Below the pieces are notes generated by a model. It had not been told where the DNA came from. It saw only the letters and a list, made by a program, of their open reading frames with translations, and searched no databases. A stretch of DNA of 64,000 nucleotides from Eledone cirrhosa (lineage: Eukaryota). The first letter of the stretch is position 1. Each line of letters begins with the position of its first letter. This document shows, one piece after another, positions 63,101 through 64,000 of the stretch. The position numbers and the translations under genes are program-made. The DNA lies in NCBI GenBank assembly GCA_964016885.1, contig OZ024742.1:375658001-375722000 (forward strand), read 5' to 3'.

Positions 63101-64000
63101 GCCTATCTAGAAACTCACTAGAGAGGAGGGAGGTATGGAAGTTCTCCTGTCTATCTAGACACTCACTAGAGAGCAAGGAGGTATGGAAGGTCTCCTGTCT
63201 ATCTAGACTCTCAGTAGAGAGCAGGGAGGTCTCCTGTCTATCTACACACTCAGTAGAGAGCAGGGAGGTACGGAAGGTCTCCTGTCTATCTAGAGACTCA
63301 CTAGAGAGCAGGAAGGTATGGAAGGTCTCCTGTCTATCTAGACACTCAGGAGAGCAGGGAGATATGGAAGGTCTCCTGTCTATCTAGACACTCACTAGAG
63401 AGTAGGGAGGTCTCCTGTCTATCTAGACACTCAGTAGAGAGCAGGGACGTATGGAAGGTCTCCTGACTATCTACACACCCAGTAGAGAGGAGGGAGGTAT
63501 GTAAGGTCTCCTGTCTATCTAGACACTCAGTAGAGAGTAGGGAGGTCTCCTGTCTATCTAGACACTCACTAGAGAGCAGGGAGGTATGGAAGGTCTCCTG
63601 TCTATCTAGACAGTCAGTAGAGCGCAGGGAGGTACGGAAGTTCTCCTGTCTATCTAGAAACTCACTAGAGAGTACGGGGGTATAGAAGGTATCCTGTCTA
63701 TATAGACACTCAGTAGAGAGCAGGGAGGTATGTAAGATTTCCTGTCTATCTAGACACTCACTAGAGAGTAGGGAGATAAGGAAGGTCTCCTGTCTATCTA
63801 GACACTCAGTAGAGAGCAGGAAGGTCTCCTGTCTATCTAGACACTGAGTAGAGAGCAGGGAGGTATGGAAGTTCTCCTGTCTATCCAGACACTCACTAGA
63901 GAGCAGGGACGTATGGAAGGTCTCCTGTCTATCTAGACACTCAGTAGAAAGCAGGGAGGTACGGAAGGTCTCCTGTCTATCTAGAGACTCACTAGAGAGC

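Larger units (their letters stand above)
4940..64000. repeat. 48-bp satellite array, >=59 kb, single orientation, continuing past the window end
   Basis: Consensus GAGAGCAGGGAGGTATGGAAGGTCTCCTGTCTATCTAGACACTCA(C/G)TA. Length variants of 39 and 46 bp are frequent; 45, 47 and 49 bp are rare. I saw no unique-sequence interruption or inversion. About 1,250 monomers estimated from length. Confidence 0.99.

Noticed and set aside
5087-63387. Dozens of long ORFs with 16-aa repeats (ETFHTSLLSSECLDRQ on minus; SRHSLESREVWKVSCL on plus)
   Set aside because: A 48-bp monomer is a multiple of 3 and happens to have a stop-free frame on each strand. Frames are broken often by 46/47/49-bp units, starts are mostly non-ATG, and no domain is recognisable.
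4940-64000. CRISPR-like array
   Set aside because: Units are contiguous with no unique spacers, no cas genes are present, and the context is a eukaryotic spliced gene.
4940-64000. Canonical recursive splice sites (YAG|GTRAGT) in the array
   Set aside because: The AG and GT share one G (TAGTGAGT), so a zero-length recursive exon is not formed; retained only as a non-canonical hypothesis.
4940-64000. Centromere or telomere assignment; hidden exons or insertions in the array
   Set aside because: No telomeric repeats were seen, centromere function cannot be read from sequence, and I saw no non-repeat island, though a very short one could be missed by eye.

Overview
Eukaryotic genomic DNA, most likely a cephalopod (octopus-type SINEs and RTE LINEs; taxon inferred from memory of repeat families, not from a search). 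The first ~4.9 kb holds the last two coding exons of a minus-strand gene, which the ORF track misses (4413-4364 and 1541-1461). Spliced, they give ..RADQLTPNQRRKYAEK|ATMSFWRAIGGDSDEIDDSSDTDVEL*, matching the C-terminus of AAGAB (alpha/gamma-adaptin-binding protein p34). The same region carries decayed RTE LINE fragments and several SINEs. From ~4940 to the window end is one uninterrupted ~59 kb tandem array of a 48-bp monomer (GAGAGCAGGGAGGTATGGAAGGTCTCCTGTCTATCTAGACACTCACTA, roughly 1,250 copies) with nested higher-order repeats. The array lies upstream of an internal exon, so it appears to fill a >=59.6 kb AAGAB intron. Most notable points: (1) the satellite-filled intron of a housekeeping gene; (2) on the transcribed strand each monomer reads polypyrimidine-TAG overlapping GTGAGT, and the main C/G dimorphism switches both splice motifs on or off together; (3) the monomer aligns with a dispersed-repeat motif that abuts the array and separately forms a 46-bp mini-tandem nearby. 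The many repeat ORFs are not accepted as genes. No prokaryotic system or CRISPR array is present.
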